64,000 nucleotides of DNA from Raillietiella orientalis (Eukaryota), in assembly GCA_036172245.1 (NCBI GenBank), contig JAYWIR010000009.1, positions 3,968,001 to 4,032,000 on the forward strand. The letters run 5' to 3'. Positions 12,349-25,942 of this stretch are shown here, piece by piece. The notes under the pieces are model-generated. The model saw nothing but the letters and a program-made list of their open reading frames with translations. It was not told the origin of the DNA and searched no databases. The translations under genes were made by a program, and so were the position numbers. The number at the start of each line of letters is the position of its first letter. Positions within the stretch are counted from its first letter, which is position 1.

Positions 12349-15300
12349 GCATGTGTGTACAGTCATTCACCCAAATGATTAATTATATGGACAGTTTAGA
12401 AATTTAGATTTAGTCCCAGAAGCTACGAGAAACAGGCACAAATGAAAAATAAACGAGAAACGGAGAGCCACTGTCCAAGTGCAATGCGGCATTCGTGTTC
12501 TCACGGTGTCAGTCAGACGCAGTTTTAAACTTTTTTGTCGCTGCAACAGGGTTTGGTGAGAGAAAAAAAACTTCAAAAGCACTTATCATCCCGTACAACA
12601 CTTAACAAGAAACAGTTTCCGAACAGAGTCAGTGAATAGTACGATGCAGTAAAAAAAAATATTTATCTTTCAGGGGTTTCCGAGTTTTTTAAAGCATCAG
12701 GATACGAAAACAGTTAAGGCACATGCAGCTTAAGGGTTCTCACAAAGAATGAAATCCATGTAGAATCAAAATGGCTAACTTTTGAACTTTTCAATAGAAA
12801 AAAGAATTATAACTGCTAGAATAATAGCTTTTTTTTAAAAAAAAAAAAAAAAAAAAAAAGGACTACGCTGCCTCAAATTTTTTAGATTACTCTCAGTCAG
12901 TATTACTCTTTGTGTTGCAGCTAGGATCGTGTTTTGATGACCCGAATTACCTTTTATGCTCATTTGCGTAACGCAAATGTTGGAATTTTGAGAAAACACA
13001 ATCAATATGTGTTTTTAGTCTAATATTATCCCTCTCTTTCCGTCTCTTTCCGAAGAAACGCTTTTGGGAGGAAGTTCACTCTATGATCATTAGCTTTAAA
13101 TGTTAAATTCAGGAATTCTATTGAACTCAGCACAGAATGCGTGATTCAAGCGCTGCAAATCTCATGGAATTCTAAATCAGAAGTCTTGAAACGACTGTCC
13201 TGGCACACAAATCGTAAGATGAACAAGGATGAGGATTGGAATTTGTGCTCACCATGGTGCTAGCGACTCTAGGCACTGCATTGATCTGTATTAGATCTGC
13301 CTTGCAAGATGTAACATGGCGGATGACTTCTCTGAGATTGAAATGATAATGAAAAAAGGACATTCAAAAGCAAACAAAAGGAAGTACCGCGTCTGAGGTA
13401 AGCCAAAAATGAATCAGCTACAAATATATACTTCATTTATAGCATCTTGTTACGAATACTTTTCCCTGTGTATCATACACAGCTCTTAACGTTTTTATTA
13501 GGTATTGCACTGTTTGTAGGTTCAGACCAAGTAATTATGTGTTGATAAGCACGTTAATAAGGTAGCTAATCGAAAATTAATTTCATAAACACTTGAACAT
13601 TAACGATGATTAAGGTTAATAAATGCACCAAATAATCTTTTTCGATGAATCACTCAAACGTACGATTCGGTTTTGTAATCTTTACGTTTTAAAAACCTGC
13701 ACTGTCTTCTGTTTTCATATTTAAGCAACATATTGCTTGTGACGATCATTCTTGTATATAAATATAATGATTTGTTACTTGTTATTTCGATTCCAATGCC
13801 TCGATGCATTTTCTGTTCCAAATCGCCGAAAACATAAAAACTATTGAGAATCTGCGTGGAAAACAATTAGTTTCTTTTATGTATTTATCTAAATATTCGT
13901 GTTGAAGATTTCAATTCCATAAAGAGCTGCATTTCTTGATATCGATAAGCTAATAATCGAATAAGAAATTTTATATATTTTGAAAATTGATCTGACAAAA
14001 ATGATATTTCAAAGCCCCGATATGATAGAAAGTAAAAAACCCTGATCTGTAAGAAATGCCAAATCTGAGCAAAGTAAAGAAAACAAAATAAACTGTGGAA
14101 TATAAGAGAAATCTTTTCTAAGAATCAGTTGATTACATCCTACGTGGATTCAAAAGCATTCAAGAATCAACTGTACATAGATTGCGTAGATAAAACTGGA
14201 CGAATTAAACAATGAAATAAAGATTGCAAAAATACAAATACAAATGACTCTTTCAGGTATTATGATTTTTTTTAAAATAAATGTTAGTGTTTGATCTTTC
14301 GAATTCAGAATTACACCTTTGTTTTTATTTTTTGGAATCCTCAATAATTTTGTTTGTCCTGAAACAATGTTTTATAATATCTTATTTTCTAAATCTGCGA
14401 TCACAGAAATCAATTAGAATCCACAGCACCACGAGATGGAGTCACTAATTTATCCACAATCCTAATTGAACATAAGATTGTAAATAATTTCAAGACTGAT
14501 AACTTGATCAAAATTCGAGCAATTAGTGTCTAGACTTCTTGATTTCTAGCGAGCGGAGAGTTCTTGTAATCTTCTTTCCAATTCAAATGGTTGCTTTGTC
14601 TACAGGTTATATATGTAAATAGCTGACTTGAATTCTTGCTTCCATTTTTTATGACGTCATAAATTATTAGTCGTCCTCCGAAGGGATGTTTAGCGATATT
14701 TCTAGTTATTATACGTTGAACATCCTTCCTATGGATAATGCCGTTCAGACTGAGGGCTTGAGCTCCTGCATGAAGCTTAAGCTGATGCACTGACTGAAGC
14801 CATGGATTCCCTGGATGCAGACTGTCAGCACACTTGATTGAGGTGCATGATTCTGAATTACAGTTTCGTCCGGTTGTATTCGCACATGTGTTCCACCGCT
14901 GATTAAAATGTTCAACCAACATTTCTGCCACAGTGTTCATTGTATCGTCTTCCAAGATTATTACGATCAGAAAAATACTCTCAACTACACAGTCAAAAGG
15001 ATAACGGATGAAAACGACACAGATCCTATTCATCAGGAGCACATGAAAAAGCAGATTATTCAAAGTAATTTAAAGCAACTTGATCAGGCTTCATATGAAT
15101 AATTATTCTTACAAAATGGTGAAGCTTTTGGTTAGTGGTGTCAAAAATCGACCGAGACGCAAGTGAATTAAAACATTCAAAGTTCGCTACTTGGGAAATA
15201 AACTAGGCTTTTCTGGTTACTGGTGGGATCAATGATGGCTTGGCAGAATGGAACTATTAACTTGTAGTAAGTTCACAATAGTTTTTAGCAGCTCACTAAT

Positions 15301-17740
15301 AAAAGTAAGCAACCAGCTTTACAGATACAAAATGCTTCAGTCTCTGCCTCCCTGTTATTGAAATCACTTTTAGGTTCGCAACAGTCAACTCAATTAAAAG
15401 AGGTCATTCTTCACTATTTTCCATAATGAAAACAAAGCAGCTGTGAAGTCTCTAAGGTTTATGAAGACCTTACACTTTTGAACTAGTCAAGACAAATGAT
15501 ACACTTGAAAGGACGTAATGCAACACACCGGATGCAATGAAAGTTGTAGGCTCTGAATAACTAGATCGATATATAAATTACTGATATTTCTTGGATACTC
15601 TAGATCATGCGGAAACGAGAACTTTTTTGATTTCGATTTATAATTTGACTTTCAAGAAGAAAGTAAAATCAACATCTTAATGCCTGACTCTATTCCTAAA
15701 TTCCTTTGAAGCATACTATAAAAGATTCCAAATCGGAATTTAGATTCACTGAAGAGAACCCATAAGTTTAGGAAAAGGACATAAATATATTTATGATAAT
15801 GGAACAGATTCACAAGAAATATTTTACAAATTGCAGGTTTAGCTGACATAATTCATTAAGCAATCTCCGCCACAATTAGTCATTGCCAACTAAAGTCGGA
15901 GCTTTATATAAATCATATTAGACGTATTTACATTGAAATATATGTTAAAATAATCAACTTACTTTTCTATGAATTGTCTTCCTTTGAAGATAGCTAAATA
16001 GGTAGTTTTACTTGGATTTGTGCTTCTCATATCAGAGGCACTGGATGCATGTTCTCTGCAAACTTTTCGTAGAAATTTCGAAAGTTTAGATTGGTAAAGT
16101 TGTGTTTTCTGAACGAGCAGCCATTTTCGAGATTGAAAAGCCAATATTCAACATCGGCAAATGAGATTCAACAGAAGAAATAAGAAAAACAACGAAGCTG
16201 AAATTCATCTAAATTGTAAAGTTGTTACAGAGCTTTTGGAAGAGAAGCGTGTAAGCATTGTTTTCTGCTTTTAGGAAGCACTAATATTTTGCACATGTTA
16301 AGGTGCTTCACGTCTCAGTCAGCAGTGGACTGTAAGATGGCAGTCATACTTTGGTGGCTTAGTTCCCAATCGGAGAATGCGAATATAAAGTCTGGTGAAC
16401 ATGAATTCCTGTGAAGGCAAGCATGCCATGAGTGTTTTTCTGAAAAACTTTAACTTATATAAATCGGTGAAACAAATTATATTATAAAAGAAAATAAGTA
16501 AAACTCAAAGCATCTTAGATAACTATGTAGAGAATTTGAGAGATCAACAGATCCATCGTTGCATTTTTAAAAGCTTATTTTCTTCGAAAATGTTTCTCTT
16601 GAGAGTTGGCTTTTGCTCATTTGAAACGAACTTGAGTGTAATAGGGGCAGTTTCTTAATAGAGGACATGGATCACCAAAAAATTCAAAAGAATCGGTTTG
16701 TTAATAATCAACTTAATGCACAAAGGGAATTTAGAACACAGTTATAAAAAACTTTTTCCTAACTATTCTGCTGTAGTAATGCTCAAAAACCTGAATAAAA
16801 CCAATCTGGAAATTTCAGTTATCACTTGAGTTATTACTTGATTAGAATATTTTCAGATTACATTCTTGCTACTGTTATGGGCATAGTAAACACTCCTGAT
16901 GCTGGATTCTAGATTTCAAAAATTATAAAGCTGATTTCATCTGAGCAATACATCTAGTTCACTTAATAACTCAATTACTGCTTACACCTTCCTTCGAAGT
17001 GGTGTTCTATAAAACATAGTAAATATCCCTAAAAAATGAAAAAAAAAAAACTTGCATGCGGATGGAGTTTCTTCTCATATCAAATGTCACATGAAATGTT
17101 ATCAAGCATATTTTATCCTTTAGTTTCATATCAGAATTTCCAGAATGGGAAAGTATCCGTTCATATGAGACATCCTGTTTCTGCGCTATGATTTTATTTT
17201 TAAAAAAAGTTGCATAAGATGACTCAAAGTGTATCAATATTCAGGTTACTTGCTTTCATCATACTTTACCATACTCATTTGAATGAATTTTCTGCCAGAA
17301 GAAAAACTCACTCGCTTTGGTATACATTGTATAGTTTTTCCTCCTTTACACTGAAACGCCTTTTATGATCCCAAACTATTCGTGTGCTTCAAACTATCAG
17401 TCCTTCTCAGTTGCATTTGTAAGAATAATGGTAATCTTTGATGAAATGGAATAAAACATGAACCTTATGAGTTCTGTTTAGTCAACTTATCTCAATCTTT
17501 ATCTGTAGCTCACTATTAGCTCATTCAGGAATCAGTTTGAAATTCCACGAATTTTGAAAACTCGGTGATCGAAAGATATTTTACTAGTATTTCGCTAGTA
17601 TTTGATATAATGAAAGCAAAGCTAAGAGATTTCTAAAATTGATGCCTACTTCAAAAATATAAATGTCTTTTGAATTATTTTCTTGTCATATCGAAGAATA
17701 TCGTATAGTCCAGTGATACCGTAAGTGATCCTTTTTATAC

Positions 17741-17810
17741 TTCCATGAGATTTTTTTTCCATGAGACTCCATGTAGCTCCATGAGATTCGTGAGGCTCAA
17801 TTCCATGAGA
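17741..17810. repeat. Cluster of short direct repeats TCCATGAGA
   Basis: Four exact copies plus two degenerate copies within 70 bp. Confidence 0.75.
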
Positions 17811-17811
17811 T

Positions 17812-18380
17812 CTTTTTTTGTAGCGAAGGCTGGAGGGTAATGAGAAAGATGATATGGCTGATGTTATTTGTATGTTATTTGAGAGGAAGGAAGTATGAGA
17901 TATTAATGAGTGGATGGGCGAGGAATATAAAGTATATAGTGATACTGGTGCAGTACGTTCTGTAGCTCAGATAATTTCCTACAAATTGTATATGATCACT
18001 ATATTAACGAGGGTGGCGATGTATGTACGTAGGTATGGATTGGGATCGAAGGTGAGGAGGTGTTTAAGGTGCCTATTTGTTAAGGAGAGTAGTTATGTAG
18101 ATTATTGTATTTTTTGGCAGAAGTTAGTCGCATTCCTGATGATTTCTCTCTAGTGCCTAATTTTGTTTCGCGATATAATGTTGAGTATGGATGTAGAATG
18201 TTTGTTGCAATATATATAAGGGTCTTTTATCGAATTGAATTTTGGTAGTTTTTATTTAGGTTGTTTAAGATCATAACCTGGTACTCCTGTATTATGGGGA
18301 AGAATGCTTTGTATGTATTTCAAAAGTGTGCGGTTTTGTCAAATAGCACTTTGTTTCACCTGTATCCAGATTTCCTAAGT
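17812..18380 (-). mobile_element. Possible decayed non-LTR retrotransposon 3' remnant
   Basis: Strong strand skew (A/C-rich on minus) and a short A-tract at the minus-strand 3' end. A broken reading resembles post-RT LINE sequence (roughly LERKIIRNA..LPKNT, needing frameshifts). No intact ORF. Confidence 0.3.
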
Positions 18381-18597
18381 GATGATGTCCTTACCTGTGA
18401 AGGGTATTCGATGATTTAGGCATGTGATCTGGGCACAAATTTCATGATTTTTTTTGCTCTAAATCGCAAATGTATTTTATTGATTATAAAAACTTTTCAG
18501 TTTACTGCGGTATTTGCTTAATGTGTTTGAAATTATCAAATTGTTTTCATGAGGCAACTCTAATGTGAGGGACACACTGTGATCATATCTGTTCAAA

Positions 18598-20014
18598 ATG
18601 CCTGTTTCTTTGGATACCAAAAGACCTTTGGATGAATTATCATTATTGCCTACTAAACGACTTAGGCATGACGAGAGTACTTCTCAAGCAGCTGGCGTAG
18701 TGGCGCAAACGCAGGTTTGTAAATTCTAAATGGAATATTACACCATATTCCTTATTATTCACCATATTGTATCACATGTTTGATTGCCTGATGAGCATCG
18801 TAGTATTTAGAAGGAAACAAAACTGGTGTATAGAATCACATATACACACGTTCTGCATTTCTAAGCCATATACAAATCCTGTTCTTATATGGTTATAACA
18901 ATTTAAAGAAATTCGTGAGCCTATTATGCCTTTTTTTTTAGATCAAATGGACATCAAATTTGTTGGCACCAATAATGTTACTGACGGGTCACAATAGTGA
19001 AATTTTTACAGGAAAGTTTCATCCTCAAGGACAGTGGCTGGTAACAGGTGGATTTGAGAGGAAAATTTGTAAGAATACTGGGGAAATGGAAACTTTCAAG
19101 TTAATGCAATTGCATTCAAGGCCTCTGGAATGTATATGGTGAATGTGAAAACTTTGGAGTTTTGTCAGGGCATAATGGTGCTATTCTGCAACTGGAATTC
19201 AATGCTGATGGATCTAATCTTTATTCTGCTAGTACTGACAAAACAGTTGGAATATGGGATACCAAAACGGGACAGCGTATTAAGAGACTTAAAGGCAAGC
19301 TTGCAATTGCGATAAAAGGTTTTCACTTTTTTTGCCAATTTAGGTCATACAAATTTCGTGAATAGCTGTCATCCTGCTCGTCGTGGCCCCCCTCTAGTGT
19401 GCACCGGCTCAGATGATGGTTATGTCAAAGTGTGGGACTCACGGCGTAAAGGCTCTGTAGCATCTCTGCAAAATATTTATCAAGTGACTTGTGTAACTTT
19501 CAATGATACTGCAGAGCAAGTTCTGTCTGGTGGTATTGATAATGACATTAAAGTGTGGGATTTGCGCAAAAAAGAGTTGCTGTACCGAATGCGTGGCCAC
19601 AATGACACCCTTACAGGTTTTAGTCTTTCTCCTGACGGCAATTATTTGTTATCTAATGCAATGGATGGTTATTTGAGAGTCTGGGATATTCGCCCATATG
19701 CACCAGCAGAGCGCTGTGTCAAGATTTTCTTGGGGCATTCTCATAACTTTGAAAAAAATCTGTTGAGATGTTCATGGTCTCCAGATGGAAGTAAAGTAGC
19801 AGCTGGCTCTGCAGATCGCTGTGTGTATATCTGGGATACAAATAGTCGACGCATCTTGTATAAGCTGCCAGGTCATAATGGATCTGTGAATGAAGTTGTA
19901 TTTCACCCCTTAGAACCCATTGGTAAGTGTCATAGGGTAATCACATTGTACATTTTATTTTCAGTTATGTCTGTTTCAAGTGACAAACAGATCTATCTTG
20001 GTGAAATTGAGTAA
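18598..20014 (+). CDS. SNRNP40: U5 snRNP 40 kDa WD40-repeat protein
   Basis: Exons 18598-18714, 18942-19068, 19121-19294, 19344-19922, 19965-20014. Motifs TSNLLAPIMLLTGH, CLWNVYGECENF, RVWDIRPYAPAERCVKIFLGHSHNFEKNLLRCSWS, ILYKLPGHNGSVNEV and C-terminal SSDKQIYLGEIE*. Confidence 0.95.
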
Positions 20015-20055
20015 CCTTTTTGGAAATACAAAAACTTTCATCTGCTTCTCCGTGA

Positions 20056-23000
20056 TTATTTCTTAGGAGCTATGATGCTTTCCAATTGGGCCTAGAGACA
20101 CATATTCAGAAACCAAAAAGACCTTTCCCACTGACCTTAAGCTGTTGATTTGTACGTTTTAGAAATTGAGTTTCTTCTTCATGCTTTTTTCCCTCCACTT
20201 GCTGTTGCTCAGCAAAACGGCGCTCCACACGGTCTAGTTTAGCTTGCAGTTCCAAAACCTGTTCATTTAAAAAATTGCGTTCAGCTTCCATTTTCCTCAT
20301 CTGTTCTTGCATCTCGGCTTTTCCTTCTTCTGATTGCAAAGCTTTTCGCATTCCATAAGCTGTGCTGCTTTCATACAAAGTCTGATAAGCGTCCAGAGTG
20401 GTTCGTAATTCGTCTCTCACTCTTAACAACAGAAGACCACGTTCAACACAGTTGATTGTCACTTGACGAATCAACTCATCAAAACATTGATCATAAAGTT
20501 CTCGACGTACTGGACAAATACCAGTGGCTCTAGCTTGACGCTGTTGTAGTCTCATGTCTAACCGCTCTTGTAAGTTCACTACATCCAAGCGGGTTGCAGG
20601 TGTTGTTGATACTTTCTGTATCCATAAGTTTCCATCTTCCTCAATTTCGCGAGGTGGAATAATGTGGTGTAAAATTTCATCAGTATCAGATTTTTCATTG
20701 TATGTAGCTCCTGCCTCCACTAAGCTTTCTAATTTTTCAGGTAACTTTAGAGGTATTTTGAGAATAAGTCACAGATAACAAGTAGGTGTTTGATGAATAT
20801 CAATGCTTTACAAGGGTTAGGAGATTTATTAAGACATTGAAATGTACCCATGTACAATTTTTTGTATTTACCAATCTGCTATAGCCCATAGAATTTCAAA
20901 ATATGTGAAAGAAAAATTACTTGTAAGTCAAAGATTTCTTGAATTTCGTATTCTGCTTAAAAAACGGTTTTTTTTTTTCTTTTTTTTCGTATCAGCAAGT
21001 CTACTGCAGAATCATTGTAACAGTGAATCATTTATAATAAATTACGAGTTTTGTCCCCGGATCATGAAATGGATTTGCAATTCGTATAAGGGGAGCGAAA
21101 CAAGAATCCAGCCGTCCATATTAAATCTGAATCATTAATCTTGCATGGGATGGAACGCAAAAACCTTGGAAACGTGCGGATAAAGTCCAAAATTTTGTTT
21201 TAGTTCCTCCATTGCTTCGAACGCATGCTGTAGAAATGTGAGGTGTACGTTGTAGACGGAAACTTGTTGCGAGTTGCGTATAGCATTGCCTTGCTTGTAG
21301 TCAGCTGTATCATTCAGTGAAAACAGGAAGAAGCGTGAATGCGCAGAAGGTTCAATGAAAATGATTGCTTGCCTGCTGCCAGGGAACTTTTTGTTGCATA
21401 ACAGAAAACGTGCAGTTTTGCCATGTGTTTGGAACCGAAGTTTTGCGTGTCAGAAAACGGAACCGGTGCGTTAACATAATTTCAAGAGAGTCAGCAGCGA
21501 GAAGGGGTTGATGGGGGGCAAAAAAGAGGATGCCAAGGAAACGAACCGCATAGTTGTATGCCGCCCCGTGTCGGAGATCAGAGCGATTGCAATTGGCAGG
21601 GGGGTGGGGTGGGGGGGTGGCACGGAACGCTGTGGTTCAGTGGAAAGTTTTCCTTGCTGGCAAGCGTACCGAGATGGTATTAAAGTTAGGGTAGTAGCAA
21701 GTAGCTCGTTTTCAAATCTGTGATCTGGAAGTCCACAACTGATCCGTGAACACGCTACAGATACGGAAGCATACCGTCCTGCGTCAGATGAAAAGTGATT
21801 CCTAACTGATGCTCATTCACCATGTGAAGGGGATACAGCAAGCGCGGATGAAAGTCATGAAATACGATCCGAATCTTGGAAACATAACGCAGTGGGAATC
21901 TGGACCAAACGGGAAGAGCACGCGAGCGTGATTTAGCACCGAATCGAAGTACTTGCGATTCCAATACAAGGAAAGAGTTGTTTTGGAGTCAAAGGACGCC
22001 AAGGTCACACATCCAGGTCCACTACGTTTTGGATGAGGATCAGGTCGAGAGAAAATGTTACAAAAGTTTCGCCTGTTATTACATGCAAGCGTAGACGGAT
22101 CGTTCGGTTCGGTTGAGAAAAGTGTAAGGTGGGGAAGAAAAACACCAAAAACAAACCAATCGGCAAAATTATTACGGAATTCATCTTCTATAAGAGTGCG
22201 TTTGAAAATTGGAACTTTTATTTTACGTCTCGAGTTGTGCAATCATTCATGTGCACGGCGAGCAGCAATGGATGCATTTTCGTTTTCACTCGGGCCAAAC
22301 ACGTGCGACGCTACGATAACGGAAAATCATTTTTAATGAGCACGGAACGGAAAACTTTTTTTGTTTGGCTTGTAAAAACTACAAAAGACATATATAACGG
22401 GGTCCAAATATGCAGTCCGTGTTAGAGCTAATGCAACTTTTGCTCCTGGCTTACGGCAGCCATCTTCTGTGAGTAGAGAACAGCCAAAAATTGCCAAGCA
22501 GTCATTCATGACATGCAGATAAAAAGTGAAACAACAAAACGGATTATTGCTGATTTCCAGAAGTCCAATTCGCTCACAGCGTACATGGAAAGCTGATTCC
22601 AGTCATCCGTACTGCCACTTTTGTGCAAAGTCCGAGGAAAAACCCCATGGGAATGCAATGTTTCAGTGTTGCTGCAGATACCGCACAGCATCCCTGATTT
22701 CTGATGAATCAAGTGCACCAAAATTGGCTACCTGCTGAGACCTTCCATAGGATTGCAACATCTCGGTGAAGCTCAGTTTGATGATGCATGGCCAAAAGCT
22801 TTAAGAAAGAAGGCAGATAGTCATATCTATGGAGATGAATTCTTCTTCGAATGATTCGCAGCCGCCTTGCGATTAGAAAACGCACACAAGGAATGCAAAA
22901 GTTTCACTTTTTTTTTTTTCTTCTTCCCCCTAAGGTATTCAAAACCACAGCTCCGAAAAAACATCTCCAACATAAACCCACACCGCTCATCTCACGAATT

Positions 23001-25942
23001 TTGTGAAATGCCCCGGGTGTTTTTTTGCTCGCGTGTGTTTGACATTAAGGAATCCGAAAGTCTTTTGACATTCAGGTTGGCGAAACGTACAATGACATAA
23101 CAACGAAGGAATCGAAAGAGGATTTTCGAGTGTCCACCTCATTTGGATTTTGATGAATGGACAACCACGATATGGACCAGTCGCAGCCATGGCTACAGCA
23201 ACATTCGAGTGCTACGATGGGACGAGAAACTGAAACAAGTGAGAAGTCCAAAACGAAAGTAGCACGAAAAATAAAAACAAATGCAAGAAACTCGAGGTCC
23301 CTCAAACAACACTTTTCCAATTAAAACTTTAACGTCGGTTCTGTTTACGTGAACTGCATGTTGTCAGTTCCAAAGAGTATAAAGCGCGATGTTCATCACC
23401 ACAAGGAGCGTGGTCCACGGCAACGTAAAATAAGTGCGCTTATTTTTCGTGATTTGCAATCGGATTGCACAGCTAACACCATATGCAATGCCCTTTAGGA
23501 TCTCACTGCAGGTTCTGTTTGTATAAGTGTATAGTTCTTGATGTAAGAAAAAAAAAAAAAATTGATGCTCGTCGCAGACCAATTCTGGATTTCACGTAAA
23601 ACACAAATGATGGAAGATAGTCGTTTCGACGAGAGGATACTTTGGAAAAATAAATGTTCAACTCAAAATGTTGCAACTGTGTTTTTTTTTTTGTTTTTTT
23701 CTCATAGAAAAAACGCACTCGTGAAGAATCCTTAGTCTTAAGGAATAATAGAATAAGGAATTCTTAAGGAATGAGGAATTATCCTTAGTCTAGATTTGCT
23801 CAAGTATGAATCAGATGATCTTGTGATTGAAAAAGTTGCACCGCTCGAACGGTGGAATGTGGACGAAGCTGTAATCCTATCTCATCAGCTGATGTTCCAA
23901 CTCACCGAGGTAAGGCTTTGAAACCAAATAATCGGAAGACATCATTTGATTTGATGATTAAAAAAAAATACGGTTGCTTAAGTAACAATTCACAAATCAG
24001 TGCAACTGATGGATGACACACAAAAAAAAAAACGTGCTCCCAGATTGCTATCAAGACTTATTGAAGCACTGAGTCTGTACGTTTCCTTACAATTTCAAAG
24101 TTGGAATGCTAAGTATGATTTGCGTATAAAAAAGAGGGAAGGAACATCGTGGCTCGGCAGTTTTTAAACATCTGTTCTGGTTGAGTTCAAAATGATGAGT
24201 TGAAAAGCTTCGGAACAGATATTCCATGAATAGACATTACTTTCCGAAAATGGATCCGGAAATTCAGAGAATATCACAGCAATTCTTATACATAAACCTT
24301 TGTATACAATCTCTTTTCTTAAGGGCACGCAGCAGATTTTTATTGGGGGGATGGGAAGGGAGGTGGGGGGAAGGGGAGGATGCTTCTCCAAGGAAGAGGA
24401 GAAAAACTGCTTCTGATGATAACATGTGAGTGTGACCTGAGAATCCACCCACGGTGTAGTGCTCAGCCAAGATCGAGTGACACATAATGTAAGCTTCATC
24501 CGCAGATTAGCGAAAAGGAAATGGTAGGGCTGTAAGGCATAACAGATACGGCGTTCTTAGGTAAATGGCAACTCTTTTTCGTTCGACTGATAAAAATCGG
24601 AAGACGACGACCACGGCATGTCATTAAACTCACAACGGTGGACGGTAAGAGTCTCTCACGAGACAGTGGGAAACAAAGCATATAATCTTCGGTAATGGCA
24701 TTCATACGTTCAATTTACAATCTATTGAGCAGGTAAGCCCATCAACCGAATAGTAGAGAAACCCACAAGCGCAAACATATATCTCCTTACAGTGAAATGC
24801 AGTCGTTGGTGTCGATATTCTCCAAGCCAGCTCACTGGTGCCCCAGTAAAACCCGCGTTTATGCATATTACCACAATCAAAAATATATATGCTTGTGAAC
24901 TGTGACTTCGGTTGTGTTCAAAGGATTCGCTGGTAATTACGGATTCGGAAGGAACGAAACAATAATTCCATTTCGGTTATGTGAATCACCTTTTATAGCA
25001 AAGCTAAGAAAAACGAAGATGAGCCCGAGGGCAATGTCTGGACCAAGTTTTTCGAATTCTTGGAAAGCTTGAAAACTTCTTCAGAACGAATTTGGAATTT
25101 CGTGCAAGAAAATTGTTGGTACTCTATGATACGCGCCTGTTGGGGAAACCACAAAACTCAAATTTAGTTTGAGATTGTCATGAATACTGCCAATCATCTG
25201 TTATGAAATGAATGACGGTACCTAAAAGATGCTTTCTCTATAAAATCGAATCTAGTTCGGTTATTTATCGTGTTCTTTACCAGAACATCGCAGAAGCACT
25301 AGTGTGAAGTTAGTTACTGCAAAATCAGTAATTTGATTGCATCAAGCACGCTGATTTTTTTCATTTTTATTTTCGGTGAACTCAAAATGAAGAATCGTGT
25401 AATTGTGAGGATTTCAAACCCTTATTTTTTTTTTCCTTCTTCTTCCCCAAATACAAAGAACCTATTTTCGGAAATGCATTACAAGGATAAGATCTAAACA
25501 AAATCTGACAAAAAGATGCATCTTTCAGGACTATGTGCTTTCTTATTATATCTTGTTTATTATACGTAAGAATGCATTACCAACAGAAATAGGAAAGATA
25601 CTTTTCAATATCGTGGAATCAAACGTAAAAATACTTTAAGCAATGAATTTTTTAACAACATTTCTCACGTCTGTGGAATAATTCAGTTAACATGCTAGAA
25701 TTTATAAACCATGCATTGTGTATTGGAAAAGATAAATTGATAGCTACATTTTTTGATAATGCAATTTTATTGTTCGTGTATTCATTATCTGAATTAAAAT
25801 AACAGGTGACTAAGTATTTCTTCACAGAAAGTATGCAACATAGAAAGTATCATAAATTTACCTTTCTGTATGTTTTCATAGTTTTGGTGGTTACCAAAAC
25901 AGGATTATCGTATTTCACTAGTGTTGTACTAGCTGGTAACAT
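20056..25942 (-). CDS. DNALI1: Axonemal inner-arm dynein light intermediate chain (p28)
   Basis: Exons 25942-25862 (MLPASTTLVKYDNPVLVTTK...), 20744-20136 (VSTTPATRLDVVNLQERLDMRLQQRQARATGICPVRRELYDQCFDELIRQVTINCVERGLLLLRVRDE) and 20091-20056 (AQLESIIAPKK*). Both introns are phase 0, giving 241 aa. The 20744 acceptor is the least certain boundary. Confidence 0.93.

Noticed and set aside
13190..13403. Plus-strand exon-like segment ending in GAG|gtaagc
   Set aside because: All frames are closed before the donor; at most a non-coding divergent transcript.
14530..15063. 177-aa minus-strand ORF
   Set aside because: No recognisable motif or supporting exon structure; unassigned without a homology search.
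17741..17810. CRISPR-like repeat-spacer array
   Set aside because: Units are 9 bp with irregular tiny spacers, the context is eukaryotic, and there are no cas genes.
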